64,000 nucleotides of DNA, taken from positions 9,866-73,865 of the forward strand of contig JAUYIE010000021.1 of the NCBI GenBank assembly GCA_030688365.1, read 5' to 3'. This DNA comes from a bacterium. Its GTDB lineage: Bacteria > Patescibacteriota > Patescibacteriia > JACQRZ01. This document shows positions 1 through 8,614 of the stretch, piece after piece. Every line of letters begins with the position of its first letter. The first letter of the stretch is position 1. The position numbers and the translations under genes are program-made. The notes under the pieces are model-generated. The model saw nothing but the letters and a program-made list of their open reading frames with translations, did no database searches and was not told the origin of the DNA.

Positions 1-402
1 ACACCGACTGTATCAATTGGATCCACAGACTTGCACTCCATGGCGCAGTTGTATCTGGCAAATCCTACTTCGCGGTTCACAACATTTGTTTCTATTGCCA
101 AGACAATAGACACACCACGATTGAATGGCAGTGAGTGGACGGCTTTAGTACCGGGATTACAAGGACAAACCCTCCATGGACTCATGAAGACTATTTATCA
201 AGGAGTCGTCAATACATATACTGCAAAAAAAATGCCATTTGTGCAGATTGACATGAAAGAATGTTCTGCATTTACACTGGGCGCGTTTATGCAGATGAAG
301 ATGTTGGAAGTGATGTATTGCGCGCATGTACTCGGGGTCAATGCATTTGATCAGCCCCATGTAGAGATCTACAAAAAAGAAGTGAGAAAGTTATTGAAAT
401 AA
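1..402 (+). CDS. pgi: Glucose-6-phosphate isomerase, C-terminal fragment. The frame is open to the window edge, so the gene is 5'-truncated.
   Basis: The C-terminal motif 'GVNAFDQPHVEIYKK' matches the conserved PGI C-terminus (GVNxFDQPGVE). The frame runs from nt 1 with no stop. Confidence 0.7.
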   Translation, partial: TPTVSIGSTDLHSMAQLYLANPTSRFTTFVSIAKTIDTPRLNGSEWTALVPGLQGQTLHGLMKTIYQGVVNTYTAKKMPFVQIDMKECSAFTLGAFMQMKMLEVMYCAHVLGVNAFDQPHVEIYKKEVRKLLK

Positions 403-441
403 AAAAGCGCCCCAGGATGCATTAGCGCTCCTGGGTAAAAA
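403..441 (-). terminator. Intrinsic terminator hairpin between the convergent pgi and the 442..789 gene. It functions mainly for the minus-strand gene.
   Basis: Stem CCCAGGA (411-417) pairs with TCCTGGG (429-435) around an 11-nt loop. The minus-strand transcript has a T-run (complement of the A-run at 403-406) right after the stem. Confidence 0.5.
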
Positions 442-789
442 CTAGCTTTTGTGTGGCTTTATATACAGCCACCAATGAAGACCCTTGTAATTTCGATCTC
501 CATATAAGTCAAATTTTTTCTCGACGCCTTTGTCGGGAGACAGACATACGATTCTCTCCAGTATGATAGGTTTATTACTTTCTTCTTCGAGAGTAATAAA
601 CAAAGGGCATTCCTTATGATTGTGGATTGCTTGTTCTATCTTTTTCAACGAATCTAAATGATCGTCGTAGGCGTTTGATAGATGAGCAATGACATTTTTA
701 TTTCTGGATGACATCCAAAATTCAAAAGATTCCTTTACTACGGGAGAGTGTGAAAAAAAAGCCACTAAATTTAAAAGCAACAACGGCAT
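442..789 (-). CDS. Hypothetical protein with an N-terminal signal-like hydrophobic segment.
   Basis: ORF of 115 aa. The N-terminus 'MPLLLLNLVAFFSHSPVV' is hydrophobic. Upstream there is AGGGAG 6 nt before the ATG and a TTGTAG-16-TATAAT promoter-like site at about 812-840 on the minus strand. Confidence 0.5.
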   Translation of the reverse strand: MPLLLLNLVAFFSHSPVVKESFEFWMSSRNKNVIAHLSNAYDDHLDSLKKIEQAIHNHKECPLFITLEEESNKPIILERIVCLSPDKGVEKKFDLYGDRNYKGLHWWLYIKPHKS

Positions 790-926
790 TTTTGTTCTCC
801 CTTTTTAAAATACACGACCATAATAATTATACACCTTCTTTGGTCTACTACAACATGATTTTTTGTCAATAAGTACAATAACAAAACCCCGCATGGTTAC
901 GAGGTTTTGTCTAAAACAGTGGATAA

Positions 927-1091
927 CTAGCAGGTGCAGTTGCTTTCAATTTCCTGACAATTTACGCACTTATTCTCGCACGTACCGCCACAATCGCAAT
1001 GTCGTTCTCCTCCGCAGTCCATGGCGCATTGAGCGCACTGGGTTCCATCTGCGGGACTGCCACATTGGGCACACTTCATTTCTCCTTCCAT
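927..1091 (-). CDS. Small cysteine-rich protein, metallothionein- or zinc-ribbon-like. It is 54 aa from the first ATG (1089-1091) or 50 aa from the internal ATG at 1077-1079.
   Basis: Hand translation of the minus strand gives MEGEMKCAQCGSPADGTQCAQCAMDCGGERHCDCGGTCENKCVNCQEIESNCTC. That is 12 Cys in 54 aa, including CxxC x3, CDC and CTC. The sequence GGAAGGAGAA, a GGAGG-like Shine-Dalgarno, lies immediately 5' of the second ATG. The ORF is under 60 aa and so is absent from the ORF track. Confidence 0.5.
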   Translation of the reverse strand: MEGEMKCAQCGSPADGTQCAQCAMDCGGERHCDCGGTCENKCVNCQEIESNCTC

Positions 1092-1095
1092 AGAA

Positions 1096-1992
1096 GTGAT
1101 GGATTATGTATTATACATCGTTAGTACAATATTGTTATATATGAGTGTGAATCGTACAAAAAAATCTGTCAAATTGTTACCCCGACGTATACGGCAATTT
1201 CAACAGATTATTTGGGATTATTATGAAAAAAATGGTAGACATGATCTTCCGTGGCGTCTTACCGATGATACATATACCATTTTTATTTCAGAAATAATGT
1301 TGCAACAAACGCAAGTACCGCGAGTGTTGATAAAATATCCCGAGTTTTTAGGAGAATTTCCTGATATAAACACACTCGCGCGAGCATCACTTGCAAACAT
1401 CCTCAACGTGTGGCAAGGGATGGGATACAACCGCAGAGCGATTTTTTTAAAAAAAGCGGCACGCGAAATCATTGAGAAGTACGACGGAAACATACCCAAC
1501 AATGTTATTGATCTAGAGAGCTTACCTGGTATCGGCATACACACTGCCGGTGCTATCATGGCTTTTGCGTTTAACGCCCCTGTTGTTTTTATTGAAACCA
1601 ACATACGTCGGACGTTTATTCATCATTTTTTTCAAGAAGATGCTGATGTATCTGATACAGAGATACTTCCGTTGGTGCGTGCGACACTGCCGGTGGATCG
1701 CCCGCGAGATTGGTACAATGCATTGATGGATTATGGCTCGTATGTGGCTAAAAATGTCGCCAATCCCAATCACAAGAGTCGGCATTATAAAAAACAGAGT
1801 TCGTTTGATACGTCCGTGCGTAAAGTGCGAGGTGTGATAATCAACACTCTTACCAGATCAAAGGATGGAATAATATTCAACAAAGAATTGGATGCACTAC
1901 CCTTTGAGCGTGAACGGATTAATATGGCGCTTGCAGGTTTGATGGCCGAAGATTTTTTGAAGAAAAAAAGGAATGGATATGGTATTTCATAA
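1096..1992 (+). CDS. HhH-GPD superfamily DNA glycosylase of the MutY / endonuclease III family. The C-terminal 4Fe-4S cysteine cluster is absent.
   Basis: Motifs 'GRHDLPWR', 'IFISEIMLQQTQV' and 'LPGIGIHTAGAIMAFAF' (HhH-GPD) are present. The C-terminal half has no Cys. The true start may be the ATG at 1141. Confidence 0.7.
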   Translation: MMDYVLYIVSTILLYMSVNRTKKSVKLLPRRIRQFQQIIWDYYEKNGRHDLPWRLTDDTYTIFISEIMLQQTQVPRVLIKYPEFLGEFPDINTLARASLANILNVWQGMGYNRRAIFLKKAAREIIEKYDGNIPNNVIDLESLPGIGIHTAGAIMAFAFNAPVVFIETNIRRTFIHHFFQEDADVSDTEILPLVRATLPVDRPRDWYNALMDYGSYVAKNVANPNHKSRHYKKQSSFDTSVRKVRGVIINTLTRSKDGIIFNKELDALPFERERINMALAGLMAEDFLKKKRNGYGIS

Positions 1993-2055
1993 CTATTTCA
2001 CGATTTTCTATCAATTTGGTATAATAACGATATAATTTTGTAGCAATTATTTTTT

Positions 2056-2631
2056 ATGTATACTCCCTACAGTCAAAAAGCATCAATCATGATTATATCT
2101 CTTGTCGGATGTATCGCATTATGGATTTTGGTAGTGGCCTTTGCAAATATGAACTATGAGATTGCTATGATAGAAAGAGATGTTGCGGAGTTAAAAGCAA
2201 ACAGATTGGCAATGGAAACAACGCAACAGTACACAAATATTTCCAATAAGTTTTCGTTTGAATATCCTTTGAAATGGTATATCAATGATAATATCAAGCA
2301 GGATGGCATGTTGTTATTGGATCCTGACGCGACGTTTGCAAATCGTGCACCTATTCAAATAAGTGTGCAATCAGCCACAAAGGCAAAAGCATTGATGGAG
2401 ACAATTGATGGAGACAAGGCCGTTGCAGACGAATCTGTTATGCTTGGCACTACACCGGCAATACAGGTCATGTATGACGAAAGTGGTGAAGAATCCGTAG
2501 GAACGGCATATTTTATTGATCTTGATGCGAAAAATACCGTCGTGATAGAGGTAGTCAGTGGTAATGGTCCTGCAGATCCTGCTCAAATGGCATTAGAAAC
2601 GATATTGAAAACATTTACCATCCAGCAATAA
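2056..2631 (+). CDS. Membrane-anchored hypothetical protein, possibly a PsbP-like periplasmic domain.
   Basis: There is an N-terminal TM helix. 'FSFEYPLKW' resembles the PsbP-like GxSFxYPxxW motif. Confidence 0.45.
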   Translation: MYTPYSQKASIMIISLVGCIALWILVVAFANMNYEIAMIERDVAELKANRLAMETTQQYTNISNKFSFEYPLKWYINDNIKQDGMLLLDPDATFANRAPIQISVQSATKAKALMETIDGDKAVADESVMLGTTPAIQVMYDESGEESVGTAYFIDLDAKNTVVIEVVSGNGPADPAQMALETILKTFTIQQ

Positions 2632-2632
2632 T

Positions 2633-2974
2633 ATGAAGGCAAAAAAGACAGCTTTGGTTGGTGATTCATCTGTACCACTCGCTCATGAAGAAGGAACACG
2701 CATTATCTTTGCAACCGTTCATGATATTGTTTTTAGTGCGACTGAAAGTCCTCAACCCGGCATTACCGTGGTGTTGGAGTCGCAAGATACTGACAATGAT
2801 CAATTATTGTGCGTGCGAACAAACGAAGCGGGTAAGCTTCCTATTTCTCACGACCTACCTGACGGCGCATATATGATGACCATGTTGTATACTGATCGCG
2901 TGGAACGTCAGCCAATCTTTATTGGACAACCAAAAGGAGGCAAACCCAAAGGGAGTGTGAGGAAATTGGCGTAG
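2633..2974 (+). CDS. Hypothetical protein
   Basis: ORF of 113 aa whose ATG overlaps the stop of the upstream gene (TAATATG). It appears translationally coupled. Confidence 0.4.
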   Translation: MKAKKTALVGDSSVPLAHEEGTRIIFATVHDIVFSATESPQPGITVVLESQDTDNDQLLCVRTNEAGKLPISHDLPDGAYMMTMLYTDRVERQPIFIGQPKGGKPKGSVRKLA

Positions 2975-3043
2975 GGAACTTTATAAAGTGCCGTTATTTT
3001 GCGTAACTTTATAAAATTTGGTATTGCGAAAAAATGATGTAAT

Positions 3044-4072
3044 ATGTCGGATATGGAACAACCAAACTCACAAATCGTCATATATAAAGATCAGGATGGA
3101 AACATTAAGATTGATGTTCGTTTTGATGGTGATACCGTGTGGTTGACGCAAAATGCCATGGCAGAGCTTTTTCAGACAACAAAGCAAAATGTCAGTCAGC
3201 ATATCAAAAATATCACAGAAGATGGAGAATTATCAGAAAATTCAACTGTAAAGAATTTCTTTACAGTTCAAAAAGAAGGCGAAAGAGAGGTTGGGCGGGA
3301 TGTGGAATTCTACAATCTAGACCTCATTATCGCTGTTGGGTACCGAGTAAAGTCATCACAAGGCACCGCATTTCGCAGGTGGGCAACGGAACGGCTTTCA
3401 GAGTACATCGTCAAAGGCTTTGTGATAGACAGTGAACGGTTAAAGAATCCTGATCTTCCTTTTGACTATTTTGAGGAGCTTGAACGGACTATCGCGGATA
3501 TTCGTACCAGCGAAAAGAGATTTTATCGCAAAATAACTGATATCTACGCGACGAGTGTAGATTATGACCCCACAAACGATCAAAGTATTCTGTTTTTTCA
3601 AACAGTGCAGAACAAAGTCCATTATGCTGTGACCGGTAGTACCGCAGCAGAAATTGTCGTGGGTAGGATAGACAGTGGTAAAAAGAATCTAGGACTGGAA
3701 TCTTTTAGAGGTACCAAGCCTACAAAAGAAGAAGCCATTATTGCAAAAAATTATTATAACAAGGAAGAGCTAGCACAACTCAATGCACTGGTTGAACAGT
3801 ATTTGATATTCGCAACAGAACAAGCTCGTCGCAGGGTGCCCATGACAATGAATGATTGGGTAGAAAAACTGCATGGATTTTTGACTATCAATGATAGGAA
3901 TATCTTGCATGATGCGGGCAAGATTTCTCACGAATTGATGGTAGAAATTGCTGGGGCGAAATTTGATGAGTATAAGCATATGGAAGCAAGGCAAGATGTT
4001 GATTTTGACGAGGTCGCACTAAAGGCGATTGAGAGTGCAAGAGGGAGAGATATTTCCAAAAAGATTATATGA
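3044..4072 (+). CDS. RhuM-family protein (virulence protein RhuM-like)
   Basis: The core 'NLDLIIAVGYRVKSSQGTAFRRWATERL' is characteristic of the RhuM family (PF13310-like). Confidence 0.65.
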   Translation: MSDMEQPNSQIVIYKDQDGNIKIDVRFDGDTVWLTQNAMAELFQTTKQNVSQHIKNITEDGELSENSTVKNFFTVQKEGEREVGRDVEFYNLDLIIAVGYRVKSSQGTAFRRWATERLSEYIVKGFVIDSERLKNPDLPFDYFEELERTIADIRTSEKRFYRKITDIYATSVDYDPTNDQSILFFQTVQNKVHYAVTGSTAAEIVVGRIDSGKKNLGLESFRGTKPTKEEAIIAKNYYNKEELAQLNALVEQYLIFATEQARRRVPMTMNDWVEKLHGFLTINDRNILHDAGKISHELMVEIAGAKFDEYKHMEARQDVDFDEVALKAIESARGRDISKKII

Positions 4073-4485
4073 AAAAAGGACTTATCGTACATGCGCTTCT
4101 CTACAACCAAAAACACGAGGTGCTTTTGATTCGCAGATCTTTGGTAGACGATGTCTTGCCCGGTATGTGGGATATCCCAGGAGGAACGCTTGAAGACGGA
4201 GAGGATTTACAAAATGGCGCTGTCCGAGAGGTAAAAGAGGAAACGGGCTTAGATATCAAAAATCTTAATTTGTTTCACTACACTTCAAACGTTGACCAGA
4301 CAAAGGATATTGAGTTTATTCGGCTTATTTTTATCGGTCAGTGTGATGATACCGAGATAGTGTTAAATCCAGAGGATCATGATGAATATCGCTGGGTGTC
4401 GTTGGATAAACCACTTGAAGATATTGCGATGGTGGAGTATTTGCCTGATCTTATTCAAATGCTTCAAACAAGGGACATCAATTGA
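4069..4485 (+). CDS. NUDIX hydrolase
   Basis: Nudix box 'GGTLEDGEDLQNGAVREVKEETGL' (Gx5Ex7REVxEExGx). Its start overlaps the RhuM stop (ATGA). Confidence 0.75.
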   Translation: MKKGLIVHALLYNQKHEVLLIRRSLVDDVLPGMWDIPGGTLEDGEDLQNGAVREVKEETGLDIKNLNLFHYTSNVDQTKDIEFIRLIFIGQCDDTEIVLNPEDHDEYRWVSLDKPLEDIAMVEYLPDLIQMLQTRDIN

Positions 4486-4497
4486 TCAGGTATTATC

Positions 4498-5118
4498 CTA
4501 CAAAATAATCACCTCGCCATCTGCAAGCGTTTTAAATGGCATGTTATTTTTTGTCATATATTCAACGGTTTTTTGTGCGCTTTCGGATTCTATATGATCT
4601 GAATTGTAATGCGGGATTATGGAATACGGGAGAATATGTAGACCACCCCAAATAACTTCCAAGTTGTCCCCATAGGGTTTTGCTGTCGGATCATCCATGA
4701 GTTCCATGCCATGTAACGTTGGTGCCAATACACAGATGCCAGCGCTATATCCTCCATACAGCAGATCATCTCTGGTGGCTAATTTTTTTATAATCACATC
4801 AAAACCGCTCATCCTCATCGCTTGTCTCAAGACGAAAATGTTGCCTCCGCGCACCCAGATGACGCCAGATTCAGAAAGTTTTTTTTCTAATTCAGTCGGG
4901 TTATCAAAATAATCGCGTAGATCAACGAGCTCAACATCTAGGCCGAGCGTTGTAAGTTGATTCATATCAGATTGTTCACTGATTTTGCGTCTTTCTAGAC
5001 CATCTGAAAAATCAAGAGCGTTGGGGATATAAGCAGTTTTTTTGTTCACTGCAGACAGCAGTGTTTTCAGCTTTTCAATCTCGTTTCCCAGTTTGTATGA
5101 GGATAGGTAGAGTTTCAT
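4498..5118 (-). CDS. Peptidase family S51 (dipeptidase E / cyanophycinase-like)
   Basis: 'YGGYSAGICVLAPTL' carries a GxSAG nucleophile elbow. 'IWVRGGNIFVLRQAMRMSGF' is typical of S51. Confidence 0.6.
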   Translation of the reverse strand: MKLYLSSYKLGNEIEKLKTLLSAVNKKTAYIPNALDFSDGLERRKISEQSDMNQLTTLGLDVELVDLRDYFDNPTELEKKLSESGVIWVRGGNIFVLRQAMRMSGFDVIIKKLATRDDLLYGGYSAGICVLAPTLHGMELMDDPTAKPYGDNLEVIWGGLHILPYSIIPHYNSDHIESESAQKTVEYMTKNNMPFKTLADGEVIIL

Positions 5119-5122
5119 AGAA

Positions 5123-5872
5123 TTATTTTCTCAACAAATCAGAAAGTGGTAAGAATTTTTTCTCTTTTGCAATCAAAATGTGATGAAACGTTCCCTTTGC
5201 CCAAAAAACCTTATACGCATTTGCCATTTTCTTGGAAGAAATAATGCGGTACGTCTCATCAATGATTTCGATCGCGCAACAGTTATCAATCGCAACTGCT
5301 ATTCCCTCTGTCTTTTTCATCATTTTCTTCAGGTCAGATTTACGGTCTTTTTCAAAATCATAATGAGGACATAAAAGGGCAGAGACCAAGTTTAATCCTG
5401 AAACTTTTATCAATGGGGCGTTCGGGTTTTTCATTTTTCGAGAATCAGAGTTGCCGTACTTGAACCAGCAAATCGCGCCCGCGCTCAATCCAGAAAGCAC
5501 GATTCCTTTGTCGTATGCCTGCCTTAAGAGTACAACCACGCCGTATTTTTTCCACGCCTGCATCATTTTCAACGTATCTCCACCCCCAACGTAGATAATA
5601 TCAGCAGACAAAATTTTATTCTTTATTTCTTGTTGTGTGAGTGCGCCCTTCAGAAGATACAACACTTCTGTTCTACACCCCAGCTTTTTACCAAAATAGT
5701 TTTTGACTGTTTCAAAATAGGATTCACTGTCCCCGCTGGCGGTAGGAATAAAAAGCAGAACAGGATTTTTCTTGCCAGTCAGTTTGATAATTTCTTTATC
5801 AATTTTTGTTGTCTCAATGGGATAGCCTGGTCTGCCTATATCCCCACCACCGATGGCAATGATTTTCTTCAT
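5123..5872 (-). CDS. Peptidase family S51 (dipeptidase E / cyanophycinase-like), second tandem copy
   Basis: Motifs 'IIAIGGGD', 'IIYVGGGDTLKMMQAW' and 'LSGLSAGAICWF' are present. It is a paralog of the adjacent gene. Confidence 0.65.
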   Translation of the reverse strand: MKKIIAIGGGDIGRPGYPIETTKIDKEIIKLTGKKNPVLLFIPTASGDSESYFETVKNYFGKKLGCRTEVLYLLKGALTQQEIKNKILSADIIYVGGGDTLKMMQAWKKYGVVVLLRQAYDKGIVLSGLSAGAICWFKYGNSDSRKMKNPNAPLIKVSGLNLVSALLCPHYDFEKDRKSDLKKMMKKTEGIAVAIDNCCAIEIIDETYRIISSKKMANAYKVFWAKGTFHHILIAKEKKFLPLSDLLRK

Positions 5873-5950
5873 ATGGTGTACTTTTTAAAGCGTTTATTAT
5901 GATATAGTGTAGTAGTAATGACTTATTAATACAAATAGAAAGGAGGAGAA

Positions 5951-6871
5951 ATGCTAGACACCCATACAATAGACCAAATAATACACCAAATTGAAGGATT
6001 GCTTGGTATTACCATCGTTGAAAGGGAGCTGTCAGATTTGCAAGGTACTGATGGCCATGTATTTATCGTTACTGACAAGGATGGGACTGAATATGTTATA
6101 AAATACAGCCCCAATGCAATAAATGACGTGGTCGCTCTTAATCTGATCAAAGAAAAAAATCTTACCATCCCAGTGCCGAAGTTATTCGGATATTTTTCTT
6201 TCAAAGGAAAAACGGTTGTTGTTTTAGAAAAAATTACGTTTCCTTTATTGGATCAAACATCAAGGGAAAGATACCACCTGTATATCAAATCGATGATAGA
6301 CCATTTACAAAAAATACATACGGTCAAATCAAAGATTGCCGGGTTTGTCTCAAATCAAGAAAAACGGATGTCTTGGCAACAGTTTTTGTTAAATATGTAT
6401 ACAGAAAAGAGTCCATTTTTTGATTGGAGAGAGATAGTGTCTCGTGATGGTGTAGATACAAAACTCGTGCAAAAGGCACTTACCGCCGTAGTAAAAAAGA
6501 TTGAAAATCAAAAATTTCTTGACCCGACATATTCTCTATTACATACGGATTTTAATCAAAAAAATCTTTTTGTAGACCAAAAATTACATGCAATTTCCTC
6601 TATCACTGATTGGAGTGAAGCCATGTTCGGGGATCCGCTATATGATTTTGTGAGGATTAGGTTGTATATTTTTCATTTTAATTTGAAGCATGGTTCACGT
6701 AAAACATACTTTGACCTATTGCATCTCACCAAAGAAGAAAAAGAACGAGAGGAACTATATTTTGTCATCCAGATTTTAAACTACATAGGATGGTATTCGG
6801 AAGTAAAAAATGATTTTAATACCTCACGATTGGCGATGCATCAAGAGTTTTTGAAAAATTATCCGTGGTAG
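5951..6871 (+). CDS. Phosphotransferase enzyme family (APH-like small-molecule kinase)
   Basis: The Brenner-like motif 'LLHTDFNQKNLFVD' (HxDxxxxN) and the activation segment 'ITDWSEAMFGDPLYDF' (the DxG/DFG equivalent of APH kinases) are present. Confidence 0.65.
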   Translation: MLDTHTIDQIIHQIEGLLGITIVERELSDLQGTDGHVFIVTDKDGTEYVIKYSPNAINDVVALNLIKEKNLTIPVPKLFGYFSFKGKTVVVLEKITFPLLDQTSRERYHLYIKSMIDHLQKIHTVKSKIAGFVSNQEKRMSWQQFLLNMYTEKSPFFDWREIVSRDGVDTKLVQKALTAVVKKIENQKFLDPTYSLLHTDFNQKNLFVDQKLHAISSITDWSEAMFGDPLYDFVRIRLYIFHFNLKHGSRKTYFDLLHLTKEEKEREELYFVIQILNYIGWYSEVKNDFNTSRLAMHQEFLKNYPW

Positions 6872-6874
6872 TCT

Positions 6875-7213
6875 ATGACACATCATAAACTCAAAAACGA
6901 CAAGTACGTAAAAGCTCGCGATGGCAATTCGTATTTTTTAGATCTCTACTGCAGTCGGTGTGAGCAATTTCTTGTTCTCTATCAAAAGGACGGGCAAGGT
7001 GCATTGATACGGCTGTATCTTGATCGATTTTTTGCCCCGAAAGAATTAGCAGTATTACAGTACGATTGTAAAGAAAAGAAGGATATGCCTAATCTCAAAT
7101 GTTCAAAATGTGGCGTACTTATTGCCACACCAATGATGTATGAGTCTGAACAGAGACCGGCATTTCGTTTGATTCGCGGTGCATTCGTAAAGAAAATGAC
7201 CATTGACAAATAA
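6875..7213 (+). CDS. Zinc-ribbon hypothetical protein
   Basis: Two CxxC pairs (CSRCEQF ... CSKCGV). It starts 3 nt after the APH-like gene. Confidence 0.4.
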   Translation: MTHHKLKNDKYVKARDGNSYFLDLYCSRCEQFLVLYQKDGQGALIRLYLDRFFAPKELAVLQYDCKEKKDMPNLKCSKCGVLIATPMMYESEQRPAFRLIRGAFVKKMTIDK

Positions 7214-7258
7214 GATAGTGAATATTAGGCTTGTGTGTAGTTTAACTTTCTTGTATTT

Positions 7259-7846
7259 ATGATATTTAGAGGAGTAGTCAGTCAGGATGGAATACGATGT
7301 GATGTACACCATATGGATGTAGATCATTTTAATGATATCCCCGACAATTTAAAATTGAAGGCACATGCCGTATGCTTATATAATGGTAAAATATTGTTAG
7401 TCCATCATCCAGAATGGGGTATCTGGAGTATTCCTGGTGGCACTCGTGAGCGGGGGGAATCAATAGAAGAAACCTTAGTAAGGGAAATATTAGAGGAAGC
7501 GAATTGTAAGGTGATTGATTGTCAACCCATAGCTTTTCAAAAAGTTGTTAATCCTAGCGATGAAACACTGTATTATCGATTACAATATTTCTGTAATGTT
7601 ATACCTGTGGAAGATTTTAAGGAAGATCCTGCCGGAAATATAGATAAAATCGCATGGATACAACCACGTGATTTTGAATTATATATCGAAAATAAGGAGT
7701 TTAAAATAATAGTGATCAGACGTGCGCTTGAATTATTAAAAAATATGAAGATCAAAAAGCTCGATAAAAATATTATCAGAGTTATTGCTAACGAGAAAGA
7801 CTATATCCTTGCAGAACCGATGGATTTTAGAAAAGAGTTTAGTTAA
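7259..7846 (+). CDS. NUDIX hydrolase, second copy
   Basis: Nudix box 'GGTRERGESIEETLVREILEEANCKV'. Confidence 0.7.
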   Translation: MIFRGVVSQDGIRCDVHHMDVDHFNDIPDNLKLKAHAVCLYNGKILLVHHPEWGIWSIPGGTRERGESIEETLVREILEEANCKVIDCQPIAFQKVVNPSDETLYYRLQYFCNVIPVEDFKEDPAGNIDKIAWIQPRDFELYIENKEFKIIVIRRALELLKNMKIKKLDKNIIRVIANEKDYILAEPMDFRKEFS

Positions 7847-8561
7847 AATTTGCTATAGACCATTTTTTGGGAAGTGGTCTTGTTTTTGTGTAAATGTATT
7901 TTATTAAAGCCGATAAAATTTTTATTTTGTCTTGCCTATCGGTGGCAAGATAAAAATGATTAACGAGATTTCCAAATCTTTTATCAATATCATTAAGTCG
8001 TGCGTGTAATTCCTTTGGTTGTCTAAGAAAATCTCCATTTATTTTTAGAAATAGTTCCATAATATTATTTATCAAAAGTTGGCTGTCTACGCCAAACGCC
8101 ACAGAGTCTTGATTTTTTGCGTCTCGTCGTACTTCACCCAAGAAATCGTCTATAGAATATTTATGCATTAAGATTTCCTCTTTTGTATATTTTGTCTTGA
8201 GATTGAGATTTGACTTTGCAATTGCTTGTATTTTCGCAATAGAGGCGCTCCTTTGAAAAAGTATTGCACTATGTGCCAGCATGTGAGAAGTATTTCTCTT
8301 TAAGGCATTTTTATCTTCATTCAAATATTTGTTTGTTTCATTTATAGGTTCAATGATTATATCAATTGGAATGCCGTACTTTATCAGACCTATTCGAGCA
8401 AATTTCGCAAGTTTACGTACTATTATATAGAAATCAATATCAGAATATTCGTCGGAGGTATCTCGTGCCGCAGATCCAAATACCATAATACCCAAGACAT
8501 TTTTGTCTGGTTTGTATTGTGTGACTATCTCGTCGTAGATCTTTTGAACAATTTTTTGCAT
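7839..8561 (-). CDS. Nucleotidyltransferase of the Pol-beta superfamily (ANT/KNTase/Lnu-like, or a minimal NTase)
   Basis: The N-terminal 'GIMVFGSAARDTSDEYSDIDFYIIV' carries the GS...DxD motif of the NTase fold. The C-terminal ~140 aa is helical. Confidence 0.65.
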   Translation of the reverse strand: MQKIVQKIYDEIVTQYKPDKNVLGIMVFGSAARDTSDEYSDIDFYIIVRKLAKFARIGLIKYGIPIDIIIEPINETNKYLNEDKNALKRNTSHMLAHSAILFQRSASIAKIQAIAKSNLNLKTKYTKEEILMHKYSIDDFLGEVRRDAKNQDSVAFGVDSQLLINNIMELFLKINGDFLRQPKELHARLNDIDKRFGNLVNHFYLATDRQDKIKILSALIKYIYTKTRPLPKKWSIANFN

Positions 8562-8599
8562 AAAAAAAAGATTAAGGTTAGTTTAACACTGAACCTTAA
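8562..8599 (-). terminator. Intrinsic terminator downstream of the small-peptide ORF / rSAM operon on the minus strand
   Basis: Stem TTAAGGTT (8572-8579) pairs with AACCTTAA (8592-8599) around a 12-nt loop. On the minus transcript it is followed by a U-run of 8-9 (the A-run at 8562-8570). Confidence 0.55.
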
Positions 8600-8614
8600 T
8601 CCTGTTAAGCCATT

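Noticed and set aside
863-1093. Plus-strand 76-aa ORF in the ORF track.
   Set aside because: The opposite strand encodes a strikingly Cys-rich frame with a Shine-Dalgarno site, and the plus frame has no features. The minus-strand ORF is preferred.
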